From NCBI GenBank assembly GCA_002104905.1, contig MCFE01000471.1, positions 5,562 to 69,561 of the forward strand: 64,000 nucleotides of DNA. The letters run 5' to 3'. Made by a program: the position numbers and the translations under genes. Positions 41,710-54,665 of the stretch are shown one piece after another (positions within the stretch are counted from its first letter, which is position 1; every line of letters begins with the position of its first letter). A model generated the notes under the pieces. The model worked only from the letters and a program-made list of their open reading frames with translations, searched no databases and was not told where the DNA came from. This stretch comes from Basidiobolus meristosporus CBS 931.73 (Eukaryota; Fungi; Basidiobolomycota).

Positions 41710-42762
41710 TTAGTAATCAGATTGCATGGCCATGAATGTGCCAACCAAAAAACCTAGGAGGCCGAATTGAATAGGATTCCCACTCATCGCGTCAGAGGTT
41801 TTCACGATGTTTGAGCCCTGAGTGGTGCTCTTAATGGGATCAGATGATATGCTTGACGGCACTTGGGAGTTGTTCGTGCTAGAAGCAATACTAAGGAATT
41901 GCTTGTAGTTGTTGATATTTACGAAGTAAGTGATCTCGCCTGAGATACCACAGTTATCGGAAAGTGGATCCACGAGGTTCACTCCATAGCTGGTCAATCC
42001 AATTAGTTTGCCTGACCCATATACTGGACTTCCAGAGTCGCCGAAGCAGGGAGCCTTTCCAGGCATGGGCTTTGTACAGAAGATGGTTGGGTCATTCTTG
42101 GTCTCGCCGATAGACTTCATGCAAAAATCTGTGCTTCCGATGGTTAAATTCAACTTCAATAAGGTCGGGGATTGTTGCTGGGTTTCGGTTTCCCCAAATC
42201 CTACAGTGGTTACGTTCTGGTTCACCTTAGGGATGCTCCCTATGGTTGCCGGCTTAATGTTATCGCTGAATTGTATGGGGCTCTGTAGCTCAATAAGGCC
42301 AAGGTCGTTCTGGTAGAAATATCATGTGATGAGATGTTAGGACCGACTTGGATAAGGTGCGCTCCGTGAAGTTCTTTCTCAACTAACCTTTGAAGTAACT
42401 AGGTCAAACTGATCATGGAGGATGTAGCGTTTGATCGGAACGGAATTGGTCTTGATGTTCTGAGTGCTTCCAAACACCAAAGAAAAAGACTCTACCGGGA
42501 GCTTGACGAAGCTCGATGCCGATGAATTTGAGTATTGAACTAAGCAATGTCCAGCAGTAATAATCCAATTCTCATTCAGAATGGCTCCACCGCATCTTGA
42601 ATTGCCCTGCAATAATATATGAGCCATGGAAGGGAACTCGCTAGCAGTAGTGGAGGAGCCTCCAACGATATAGCTCATCGGCTGAGGCTTCACGTCTCCT
42701 TGAACCTCCTTTGCCCCATAGGCCACAATAGGGAGTATCGCGAGAAGGTAAAGGAACAACAT
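41710..42762 (-). CDS. S1 (trypsin-fold) serine protease with signal peptide and hydrophobic C-terminal tail; exons 42388-42762 and 41710-42309
   Basis: IVGG activation site, CGGAIL..WIITAGHC (His), NDLGLI (Asp), CFGDSGSP (Ser); S/T-rich linker then GLLGFLVGTFMAM. Confidence 0.92.
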
Positions 42763-43763
42763 GTGCTTGCGATGTCACGCTCAAGTGCCAAGGAAATAGG
42801 TTATGGATAAAGGGGTTATTTATACGCGGGTATAGAGTATAAGGATGGAGGTTCTGAGCAGCAGATGGGAAGGGGAATGTTGAAACAAAAATGAGAGAGC
42901 AGAGAGAGACCGCTAATAAATACAGTATGCGAGTTTGAATGATAGAGGAAAATCCAATCTAGCAAATAGACATCTTTCTTAGGGATAAAGGGAACTTGTT
43001 TATCGGGCGTGTGTTAGCTGCGAAAGAGGAAGACGTGTGTAGCGGCCTAGACTGGTAGGCATCAAGAGGAATAAAATACTTGCTAGACACACATATCCAT
43101 TTTAAATGGATCACCAGAATCGATTTGGTTGTGTTTCCGTCGGTGATCAAATATATAAGATGCATGGAAAATAGCTGGGTTGCCTGACATATTCGGACAA
43201 AGGGTAGGGTAACCAATGATCTCGTTGGAAGCTGTTTCTAATTCATCAAATAAATTGGGCCCTATCTATTGTTAGGAGACGTGTGTCCTGTGCCTAATTA
43301 ATTGATTCTTGGTGGCCTGCTGTCAGTTGGGCCTGCTCAGTCTCGCCAATTCTGCCAGGTTTATTGACATTCACTCATGCAATACATGGACATTGAAGAT
43401 GCCTTCCGGATCTAGCCAAATCGCCCTTCCGAACGCTTTTTTGCTGTTTCACTCTCATGGAACACAAATAACCCCAGCGCTGTCACATGGCATTACGCCC
43501 TCGGTCACGTGCCCACCCGGAGGCCATAGACTCGGCCTCGAAGTCGGCGGGCAGCGCTGAGGTGTGACAGGGCTCGACGGACCGTGTATCAGGAATGGAG
43601 CAGTGGACTTATGTAGCAATAGAGAATCCGTACTTATTATTTGGCTATGAAAGGTACATATAACATTGTGGCTATTATGCGGTGGCAAATACGCTTATCG
43701 TCTTCACTCGACTGTAAAAGAAACTAGCAATATACGGGCGGGGCGATTGATCACAGGCTTGTG

Positions 43764-45471
<1,708 letters not shown>

Positions 45472-46849
45472 CTGTCGAATAGTTGAGAGGGTACGAAGCA
45501 AATGGCTATTTAGCTTTGAGTGTTGCCAAGTTCGATATCTGTAGAGGAGTGGATGTTAAATCGATAGGAGTATAGTAAAATAAATCGATTGCTTAAATAA
45601 AACCACTTTAAATCCACCCTAGCACGCCAGCACTAAAAATCCCTACTTAATACTGAATAATAGCAAATTAAATGGGGATTTATTAGGGACGGAGATTTCA
45701 CAGCGTCGGTTCTCCATAGAAATACCAGACTGAGAACAACAGTGATTGGCGGATTTAAGGAGGACTTATGCGCCCTGACACACGATTAACAATAAATGGT
45801 GGCTACTGATATTCGGTATGAACATCAAGACCGAGTGTGTTCTCTGCACAGAGCTACGAAACCAACCCTGGACACTGGGAGGAGGTCACATGTAATAAGC
45901 TTGCAGATGCTGTATACGGGATTGCTAGGGCTGATTATACAAGTGATCTGGAAAATGGCTGTAAAGCGTAGTCTGCTCATGTGCTCCCAAGCTAATCACT
46001 GAGGTGCGGACTTCACCGGTTTGCCATAATGATGAGGCACTAGTGAAACATGGTCGTAAACTTGAGTTAGGGGAGTCCAAGTGCCAACACTTGATGGACT
46101 ACCAAACAAACGTAGCGAATCGATGCTATTATCTGATCTACAGCAAACCAATGATCTGTTCACGTCGAGGTGGCGAGCCAGCAACTTGGCCATATGTTGC
46201 TCATATAAGGCTGCAGCTCCAGCGCTTTTTCAACCTTCTCCCCTTTATTGAGCATCAGATTGGTGTGTTGATTCTATACCCAGTTGGGCCTTGGCTACAC
46301 GCTTGATTGCGATGAAATTATAATGCAGGTTTCAAATCATAATGATCAATTGCCTTCACTAGAGCACCACACATGGAAATGCCTCCAGCGTAGCTAGTAC
46401 AATAGCAATAAGCCAGCTAAGAATTTTTGAACCTTGCAAGTACATAATCTAACTTAAACTTTGTGTTATGGGTAATATTACACCAAATTAAATGAAGTCC
46501 TTCTTGAGAGAAGAGAATGTTGAGGGGTTTAGGGAAATCACCAACTGTAAGTGATGCTTGTTGATATAATGAATATTACTGCAAATGCCAGGATTCATAT
46601 TATCAAAGAAAGGGGTAGTGATGTTAAGGTAGCTCTGTTCAAGTGCACAAAGATGATAAATGGCCACATCTTTGGGCTTTTTGGCTATGAGTATCTTTGT
46701 GGCTAGTTGAGCAACTGGAGGAGAGTTGGGAAGGATATGCTAACAGAAAGAATTGTGGGTAAGAGTTAGGGGGATGAAATTGACTAATTGGTAAAATCTT
46801 TATTAACTTAGGACAAGTATCTAATAAAGGCAAGTTAAACTGAGGTTAT

Positions 46850-47180
46850 TGTTGTAAAAGTTGTATTTCCACCTAAATGTTCACCTAACTTAGTCACTTA
46901 GATCATTACCTTCAAATCCTGGAGAATACTGACCAAATTCCTTGTTGGGATTTACTTAGAATATTTACCCAGAACATGATAATTAGATAAGTTGCCCAAA
47001 GAGCCCCAAACTTTGTACATATATTCTTGAGACCTTCCTTAACCTATTCTACATGCTTGTTATGCCAAGACCATGTAAAAGTATAAATACTACTTTTACA
47101 TTCAATAAATCATTAAGTGAAAACCACACAATCTACTTGTCCTCCCAATCACTTCCAATATCTCCAAGACTCTTACAACA
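46850..47180 (+). repeat. 5' LTR (331 bp, TGTTG...CAACA)
   Basis: Inverted counterpart of 24146-24477; followed by PBS GGTTATGAGCCC. Confidence 0.92.
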
Positions 47181-50100
47181 GGTTATGAGCCCCAAGCTGT
47201 CACTCTCTGCAATGTCTACTACTGCTATTACTGGAATTTTTCCCTCTGCTGAAAAGTTGGATGGATCCAACTACCAAGTGTGGAAGGTGAAGATGAAGAT
47301 GCTGCTACAAGAAAGAGGCCTTTGGGATATTGTCATGGGAGAAGAATGCCCTCCTAAAAACGTGGGAGAGGAAGCCTTAAAGTACCAGAAGAAAGAACAA
47401 AGTGCCTTTAACTGCATTTGCCTTAATGTCAAGGACAAATTGCTAATTCAATGCTCAAGAGCAAAAACGGCAAAGAATGCCTGGAAGGCATTAGAAGACA
47501 CCTACCAGTCATGTTCAGCTGCCAAGAAAATGTATCTGAGAAGAAAATTCTTTACTACAAAGATGCTGCCAGGAGAAGAAATGAAAAATCTAATTAACAG
47601 AATTACCCTGCTGGTAGATGAGATGGAATCTGTGGGCGTACCAACTACTGATGAGGATGTGATAGTTACCATCCTGAATAGCCTGAGAGACGAGTTTCAG
47701 GGCCTTGTATCAGCCCTAGAGTCCAGAACTGAAGATTTGACCTTAAGTTACGTATATGGAAGGCTCCTGGATGAAGAATTAAGAAAATCAAGCGCCAATA
47801 AGAAGGAAGAAGAAAATGCTTTAATAAGCAATGATAACCAACAAAGGAGGTACCCAAGACCCTACAAAGGCAACAACAACCTATTTTGCAACTACTGCAA
47901 AAGGAAAGGACACACATCAGACCGGTGTTTCACAAAGAGAGATTATCAGCAAAAGAAGCCTGAATATGGAAATGCTGCAACAACTGAAGATAGACTATTC
48001 ATATCTGCACTAAATATGACCACAAACAAGGATTCTCAGACGTGGTATATTGACTCTGGAGCTTCTCAACACTTTATACACCAAAAAGAACTTTTTACCC
48101 AATATCAAGAAATTCCAATTAAGAAGGTTTTCATGGGTGACGATAGAACACTTGATGCAGTGGGAGAAGGAACTATCCAAGTAAACCTTAGAAGCAGTGA
48201 AGGAAGCCATACACTGACCTTTAAAGAAGTACTCTATGTACCAGAAATAGCCAAGAACCTACTCTCTGTAAGCAAGGCCACAGCAGAAGAACTCAGTTTC
48301 AGTTTTGACAATTCTGGATGCAGGATCACTGATCAAAATGGTGCCCATATTGCTTCAGGCATCAGAGATCAGAATCTATACAAGTTGACTTATATTCCAT
48401 CATATCTGGAAGCCAATATAAGTAACTTAAATGAAGAAACACCAATGCATTGGCACAGGAGATTTGGACACATCAATTTTGATTATTTGCGTAAAATGAT
48501 CAAAGATCAGCTAATTTCTGGAGTGAAAATTGATCCCCCAGCTAATTTGGAGCACTGTGAAGCCTGCATATATGGGAAACAAGCCAGACAACCGTTCAAG
48601 AGCTCTGGGTTAATCAAAACTAAAAAAAAATTAGATCTAATTCACTCAGATCTGTGTGGACCTATGCAAAATTTATCCTTAGGCGGGATGAAGTATTTAA
48701 TCACTTTTATTGATGATTATACAAGATACACATGGGTCTACTTCATGGAGAGAAAGGAAGAAGCTCTGTCTAAGTTCAGGGAGTTTAAAGCCATGGTGGA
48801 GAGAGAAACTGGTGAAAAAATCAAGAAAATACGCTCTGACAATGGTGGAGAATATACATCAAAACTCTTCATCCACTTCTGCAAAATCCATGGGATAAAG
48901 CAAGAGACTACTGTACCATACTCCCCACAGCAAAATGGAGTAGCAGAACGAGCTAACAGATCAATAATTGATATGGCAAGATCTATGATCCATGATCAAA
49001 AATTATCCTATGATTTTTGGGCAGAATCAGTTGCCACTGCTGTATACCTTAGAAATAGGAGTTATAACAGAATACTTCGTGATTCTACTCCACTTGAAGC
49101 ATGGTATGGATATAGACCAAGTGCAGAACATCTAAGAATATTTGGGTGTACAGCATATGCCAAAAAACTGGCCGGAAATCAGTCAAAATTTGAGCCAAAA
49201 AGTGTAAAATGCATATTTTTGGGCTACTGCAATGAGAGTAAGGCATACAGACTCTACAATACCGGAGCAAAGAAGCTGATCAAGTCCAGGGATGTGTTGT
49301 TTGATGAAAATTCAAAATTTTCACAAAAAATGACATCAGATGATGACAAAAATTTGATCTCAAGTCCACCAATTGTCAGGATTGAATCAGAGCAAAACAA
49401 TGAAAATTTTTTCACTCCAGAGGACTCTACAACCATGGTTCAGCCAGAATCAGTGCCCAGGAATATCCCAGAAGTGATCATTCCAGTGTTAAATGCCCGG
49501 AGATCCAATTGGACTAGAAATAGCCCAAATTACTATATCAATGAGGGTACAAACTTAGCCTATGCCTATTCAGTCCATATTGATGAACCCCAGACTGTAA
49601 AAGAGGCCCTAAATAGCCCTCAGACAAAGTTTTGGAGATCTGCAATGACTGAGGAATATCAGGCCCTGATGGAAAATCAAACTTGGGACTTAGTCAAATT
49701 ACCAATCAACCAAAAATCAATTGGATGCAGATGGGTCTTTAAGACAAAATACAAGGCTGATGGTACAATTGAAAGATACAAAGCAAGACTTGTAGCCAAA
49801 GGATACTCTCAAACAAAAGGACTTGACTATACTGAGACCTTTGCACCGGTAGCCAAGTTTAATTCCATCAGATTAATATTGGCTATTGCAGCCAAATATA
49901 AGTTTTTTATTCATCAAATGGATGTAAAAACTGCATTTTTGAATGGAGAACTTGATGAGGACGTGTATATGGACCAGCCTGATGGGTTTGTTGACCAAGA
50001 TAACCCTCATTTGGTCTGCAAACTTAAAAGTCACTATATGGTCTCAAACAATCACCGAGAGCCTGGAATTGCAAGATAGATTCTTATTTGGAATCTTTGA

Positions 50101-50786
50101 GTTTCAAAAGGAGTAATGCTGACTATAGTATATACTATAAGCCAGATAGAGCAAATCCAGTTCTATTAGCTCTATATGTGGATGATCTTATTATAGCCAC
50201 CTATAACCTAGAAACATTGGAAGAGACTAAATCCAGCCTATCTAAGGAGTTCAAGATGTCCAATCTAGGAGAACTTAGTTACTACTTAGGGATTAAGTTC
50301 TCCATAGACAGAAGTACCCAGACTATTACCCTAAGCCAATCCAAGTATATTCAAGATATACTAAAGAAGTACAAAATGGAAGACTGTAAACCGGCAGCTA
50401 CCCCAATGGAGACAAACCTTAACTTGGTCAAAACTCAACCAAATCAAGAGAGCTTGGTGCCATCTGAAAGCCCTGACTTTCCTTATCAATCTATGGTCGG
50501 CAGTCTGATGTATATCATGCTTGGAACACGTCCAGATATCTCATATTCAGTGGGAGTTGTCAGCCAACATAATCAGAATTATGGATCTGATCATATTGCA
50601 GCAGTTAAGCGGATTTTTAGATACCTAAAAGGAACTGCTGATATCTGCTTAAGATACACTTATAAGGATTCAGAACAGCATCTTGTGGGATACTCTGATG
50701 CTGATTGGGGACAAAATCTAGAAGACAGAAGATCCACCACAGGATACACCTTTCTTTACTGTAAAGGAGCCATTTCATGGAATTCC
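46850..50786 (+). mobile_element. Copia family B, near-intact copy truncated at the start of RNase H (LTR 46850-47180, PBS 47181-47192)
   Basis: ORF 47053-50079 (gag CNYCKRKGH, protease WYIDSGAS, integrase, RT) continues via a 1-bp frameshift into 50088-50789 (YVDD, YSDADW, AISWNS). Likely start 47185 or 47212. No 3' LTR. Confidence 0.97.
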
Positions 50787-50789
50787 TAA

Positions 50790-53724
50790 ATTTCCCTCCT
50801 TGCTGACTTAAGTGATGCACCATTTGAAGAGCTCTGGGACTCTGCAGGTCACATTGTTAATGCTGCCTCTGAAGAAGCTACAACCTCTGCCTGACTACCT
50901 GAAGTTCTGTTGCTTAACTGCAACAGCATACAGCCATCAAGACCAACTCTAGAGAGACTTCTTTCTAGATTTTCCCTCCTGTGTTTGATTGATGTCCAGC
51001 TACCCTCTATACTTTTGACTAATCTATATTGCTTTTCTACTCCTAGAACAAAGAATACCTCCTCTATCTGCTTCATCTCTTCTACCATCAATACTCCTCA
51101 GCTCTGTGTTCCTCTTTACTCCCCTTACTGTGCTGCTCTCCAGTTGCCAACTATCAGTCTGGTGCTCTGCTATCTGCCTCCAAGTCTAGCCCTTCAGGAA
51201 GTGCAAGTTATATGCCAGAAGGTTCAGTAATACCAACAATCTATATCAACACCTGTTATCTTGCTTGGAGATCTCAACATTCCCCATCCTGAGAACAAGA
51301 CTACTCTGACTGCAAGAATGAAGCCAAGGTCTACATTCCTACTGAACTTCCTGAGAGAAAGCCACCTGCTAGCACTAGGTGCTCAATCTGAGAAAAGATG
51401 TGTTGACTGGATCTGCCCTTCTGCTGCTGCCCTCTACTTTGTGAATGAAGTTAAGCAATTCTCTGGAGCTGAGCTAGGATCCTTGAGAGCCTCTGACCAC
51501 CCAGCCTGGTCCCTTTCTATGCAACCAGTTGTGAAGAAGAAGCTGCCAAAACTTACTGTGCTCACCCACAAAGCTACCAAAAATCAGAAGAAAGACTTTG
51601 GGAACTACTTGAAGCTTGCCAGTTTGCTACTTTCTCTGCCAGATGATCTCAACTTTGCCTGGCTCTTTGTGAAGCATCTGATTCTGGTGTCTGCCTCCCT
51701 CTCACTGCCATGCAAGACTACTGCTCTTACCTCAAGAAAATGGGAATCCATTGTTTCAGCCCTGCAACAAAGCTACCTGAGCTTCCCTAACCCAAAAACA
51801 GAGAAACTCCTCCTGACAGCAATCCACCACTCCAAGGCAATTCACCACACTCTGCATACTCAGCTCTGGGATCATATTATGAGTTCCTTGCCTCTGCAAT
51901 CTTCCAACTCTATAACAAGAACAGTATCAAGCCTCTACAGGGCAATGAGGCCCTCTTCCAGGAAGTTACCTTCAACAGAACAGCTGGCTAACATCTTCTT
52001 CTCTACAAAGCAGTACTCAACTCCTGGCTTTCATCCTGACTTCAAGACTCTGCCCATCCCACTTGCACTTGATCAAAGGAGAATCCATAATGTGCTCAAG
52101 AGGCTTCCCAACTCTACTGCTCCAGGTGTGGACACAATCTCCTATGAGCTTCTGAAGACTAGTACCAAGGCCATGTCTGCACTTCTGCTTCCACTGTTTC
52201 AGCAATGCTCAGCCCAGCTTTCTACTCCTGAGGAATGGTCCTTTGCAAATGTTCTGCCACTGTACAAGGGTAAAGGAAAGCACCTGGATCCTAGCTCCTA
52301 CAGGCCAATATCTCTGCTGCCCACCTGCAGAAAGGTGTTTGAGCTTCTGCTTGCTCAGGAGCTCTACTCTGACTCTCTCAAGTTTCATCCTGCACAGTTT
52401 GGCTTTGTTCCTGGCCTCTCCTTGGAATATGCAGTCATACTTAGCCAAGATCACTCTCTCCAGTGCAAGTATCCCTCTGTTCTGTTTGATATTACTAAGG
52501 CCTTTGATTCAGTTGACAGAAATCTGCTTTGGTCCAAGTTGCAATGCTTCTCCAGTACCTCTCTCACCCTCCTTGTCAGGTCTCTGTTTCTGGATCCACA
52601 AGCAAGAATTCTGCACCCAAGTGAGCAATCATCTGTGTTCTCAGTTCCTAATGGAGTGGTTCAAGGCTCTGTGCTTGGTCCTATACTGTTTGCCATCTTC
52701 CTGAATGATTTCCCAAGACTCTCAGCTGACTGCCTGGTTACTCTCTTTGCTGATGACATCAGAATATCCTCCTCCAATGTGCAACAAGACTCCCAGACCA
52801 TCCACCAGTATCTGCAGAAGAATAATCTCCAGCTTTCCATTGCAAAGACAGTACCTTTGGGCTCTCCCATCAACTTGGAGAACTCCACTCTACCTGCTCA
52901 GGTTTCTGCTACATATCTTGGCTTTCCTTTCCTTCCTACTGGACTAGACTCTGGAGCACACCTGAAGAAGAGAATTATCCTGGCAAGACAGGCACTCCAC
53001 AAGCTACTGGCTGTTACTCCTCCTACAACTTCAGCTCCCAGCTGCCTCCTTCTACTCAAGCAGTTTGTCTTCCCTGTCCTGGAATTTGGCTTACCACTTC
53101 TCTCTCTTACTTCTAGAGACTGCACTAAGCTTGACAAGTTTGCAGTATGGTGCATTACCTCCTTGGTGCCTCATTTGCCTGAATGCCCCTACAGACATGC
53201 TATTCTTGGTGCTTTTGGGTTTATGCCCTATAAGATCAGACTTCTCTACCTTAGAACCAGATTATACCTCAGACTTCACAACTGCAACAACCCACTGATT
53301 AAGGCCTGGAAGAGAACACACCACACAACACCTGGCTCCTGCTGGAGAACTATACTTGGAGATCCTGAAGTCAAGAAGTTTGCTCACTATATTCTGCAGT
53401 CAGAAAAACCCAAGCTGGCCTACCTGAAGTACTTGACAGACCTTTGGCAGCAATATCTGCAGCAGCACACTCCCTTTATGATGAATATCAATCCTTATCA
53501 CATTCCCCTCATTAATGTTGTTCACAAGTCATTCTTACCTCTCTTGCTACCCCCCTTCCCACTGAACAGTGTCTTGAGCACTGAAGAACTATCATCACTT
53601 CTTATTAACTTACCTACAAATTCCCCTCAGCTACACACTCTTGTATCAAAGCTACAACAGTAGCGCTGGCTTCTTTGTTTCAACTGAAATAAAGATTTCA
53701 CCTGTTGGTGACTGTCTCCCCCCC
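50790..53724 (+). mobile_element. Telomere-associated non-LTR retrotransposon (LINE), longest copy, inverted relative to the telomere
   Basis: APE motifs LNCNS, CYLPP, GDLN, VDWI, SDH; RT motifs FDITKAFDSV, QGSVLGP, FADD, YLG; 3' tail AATAAA-hairpin-C7 followed by TAACC. Confidence 0.93.
50895..53663 (+). CDS. LINE ORF2 (APE endonuclease + reverse transcriptase), one internal stop TAA at 51228-51230
   Basis: ORFs 50910-51230 and 51261-53663 are in the same frame. Copy B has C at the stop position (revcomp of ~60005-60015), implying CAA to TAA. Confidence 0.88.
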
Positions 53725-53729
53725 TAACC

Positions 53730-54251
53730 AAGAACACTTAGCCTTGTGGTTATCCCTAACCCTTCCATACCCATGGTTGTGGGTTCAAATCCTGGATCCA
53801 ACAAAATTTGATCAATAAATTGATGTGTGCTCATTGGGAGATGGTTGACCAACCACTGGGCAAAGTAAAGGCTCTGATTGGCTGAAATCCTTGAAATGCT
53901 AATTGGCCAGATTTGCCTAGTAAATTTGGCCAGTGATCACCCAGAAATTCCTCTCAGTTCCCCCAGTCTACTGGCCATTCCGGCCACAATTCAGCTACCG
54001 CAAACCAGTATAACTTAGCTCAGATATATTCAGATTCTCACTTCTCAGGCCTGGCTTTCCAGGAAACCACTCTCAGACCTAGCTAACTAGGAAATATAGT
54101 ACCATTCAGCTTCTCAACTCTCAGATCTGGCTTACCAGGAAGATATCTGTCAGACCTAGCTTTCTAGGAATAACTTCAGATTAACTTGGCTTCTTTAGAT
54201 ACTTGTCATAAGTAAATAAAGATTTCACCACTTGGTGACTTTCCTCCCCCC
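53730..54251 (+). mobile_element. tRNA-derived SINE-like element (~520 bp), full length
   Basis: A-box-like TAGCCTTGTGG, B box GGTTCAAATCC, no T4 on the sense strand, 3' tail shared with the LINE; four further copies at 62.1-63.8 kb. Confidence 0.82.
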
Positions 54252-54257
54252 TAAATT

Positions 54258-54665
54258 TGTTGAGACACACACTAAACCAAAAGGTTCAGTAATATTTATT
54301 TATATTTTTCTGATCAAGTTGAATTAGTAAGCACCAAGAGACTGGACTAATTGAAATCTAATTGGGTGTTGAAAGTGCATAAGATAAATGAGAAATTGCA
54401 TCATTAATCAGCTGATGTCTTGGCAACTACTAAGTGGTTGGATGGATCTCCAATGACTAATCCTTTGGAAAGGCTTAGCAGATCAGCTAAGGATGTAATG
54501 ACCACTTGAAAATTGATCAGGTGTGACAGCTAAAAATAGATTCTGAGAGGTGATAACATAAACCATAACAGGGATTACTTATGTTTGGGTTAAGGAAAAT
54601 CAGTTAGGGTACTAGATTTTCTAACGGAGTAAAATTGGCTAAGTTTTAAATGTTGATGCACAACA
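54258..54665. repeat. LTR-like segment (408 bp, TGTTG...CAACA) of an unidentified family
   Basis: Inverted 5-bp termini and AT-rich TATA/poly(A)-like core; no TSD and no second copy in the window. Confidence 0.45.

Noticed and set aside
47053-47184. N-terminal extension of copia gag starting inside the LTR
   Set aside because: The ORF caller started at a non-ATG codon in the LTR. Gag homology begins after the PBS, and an open frame of ~44 codons is not strong evidence.
53730-53805. Functional tRNA gene in the SINE head
   Set aside because: A and B boxes are present, but acceptor, D and anticodon stems do not pair convincingly, and the sequence is repeated as part of a larger mobile unit.
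53730-54251. The element as the host telomerase RNA gene
   Set aside because: It has a 9-nt CCCTAACCC, but it is multicopy, 5'-truncated and ends in a LINE tail, as a retroposon does. No pseudoknot was identified. Kept only as a speculative note.
50785-54258. CCTAAATTT at both 50785 and 54250 as a 9-bp target-site duplication of a LINE+SINE block
   Set aside because: The left flank is copia RNase H and the right flank is an unrelated LTR-like segment, so removing the block does not restore a recognisable sequence. CCTAA is also expected from the telomeric register.
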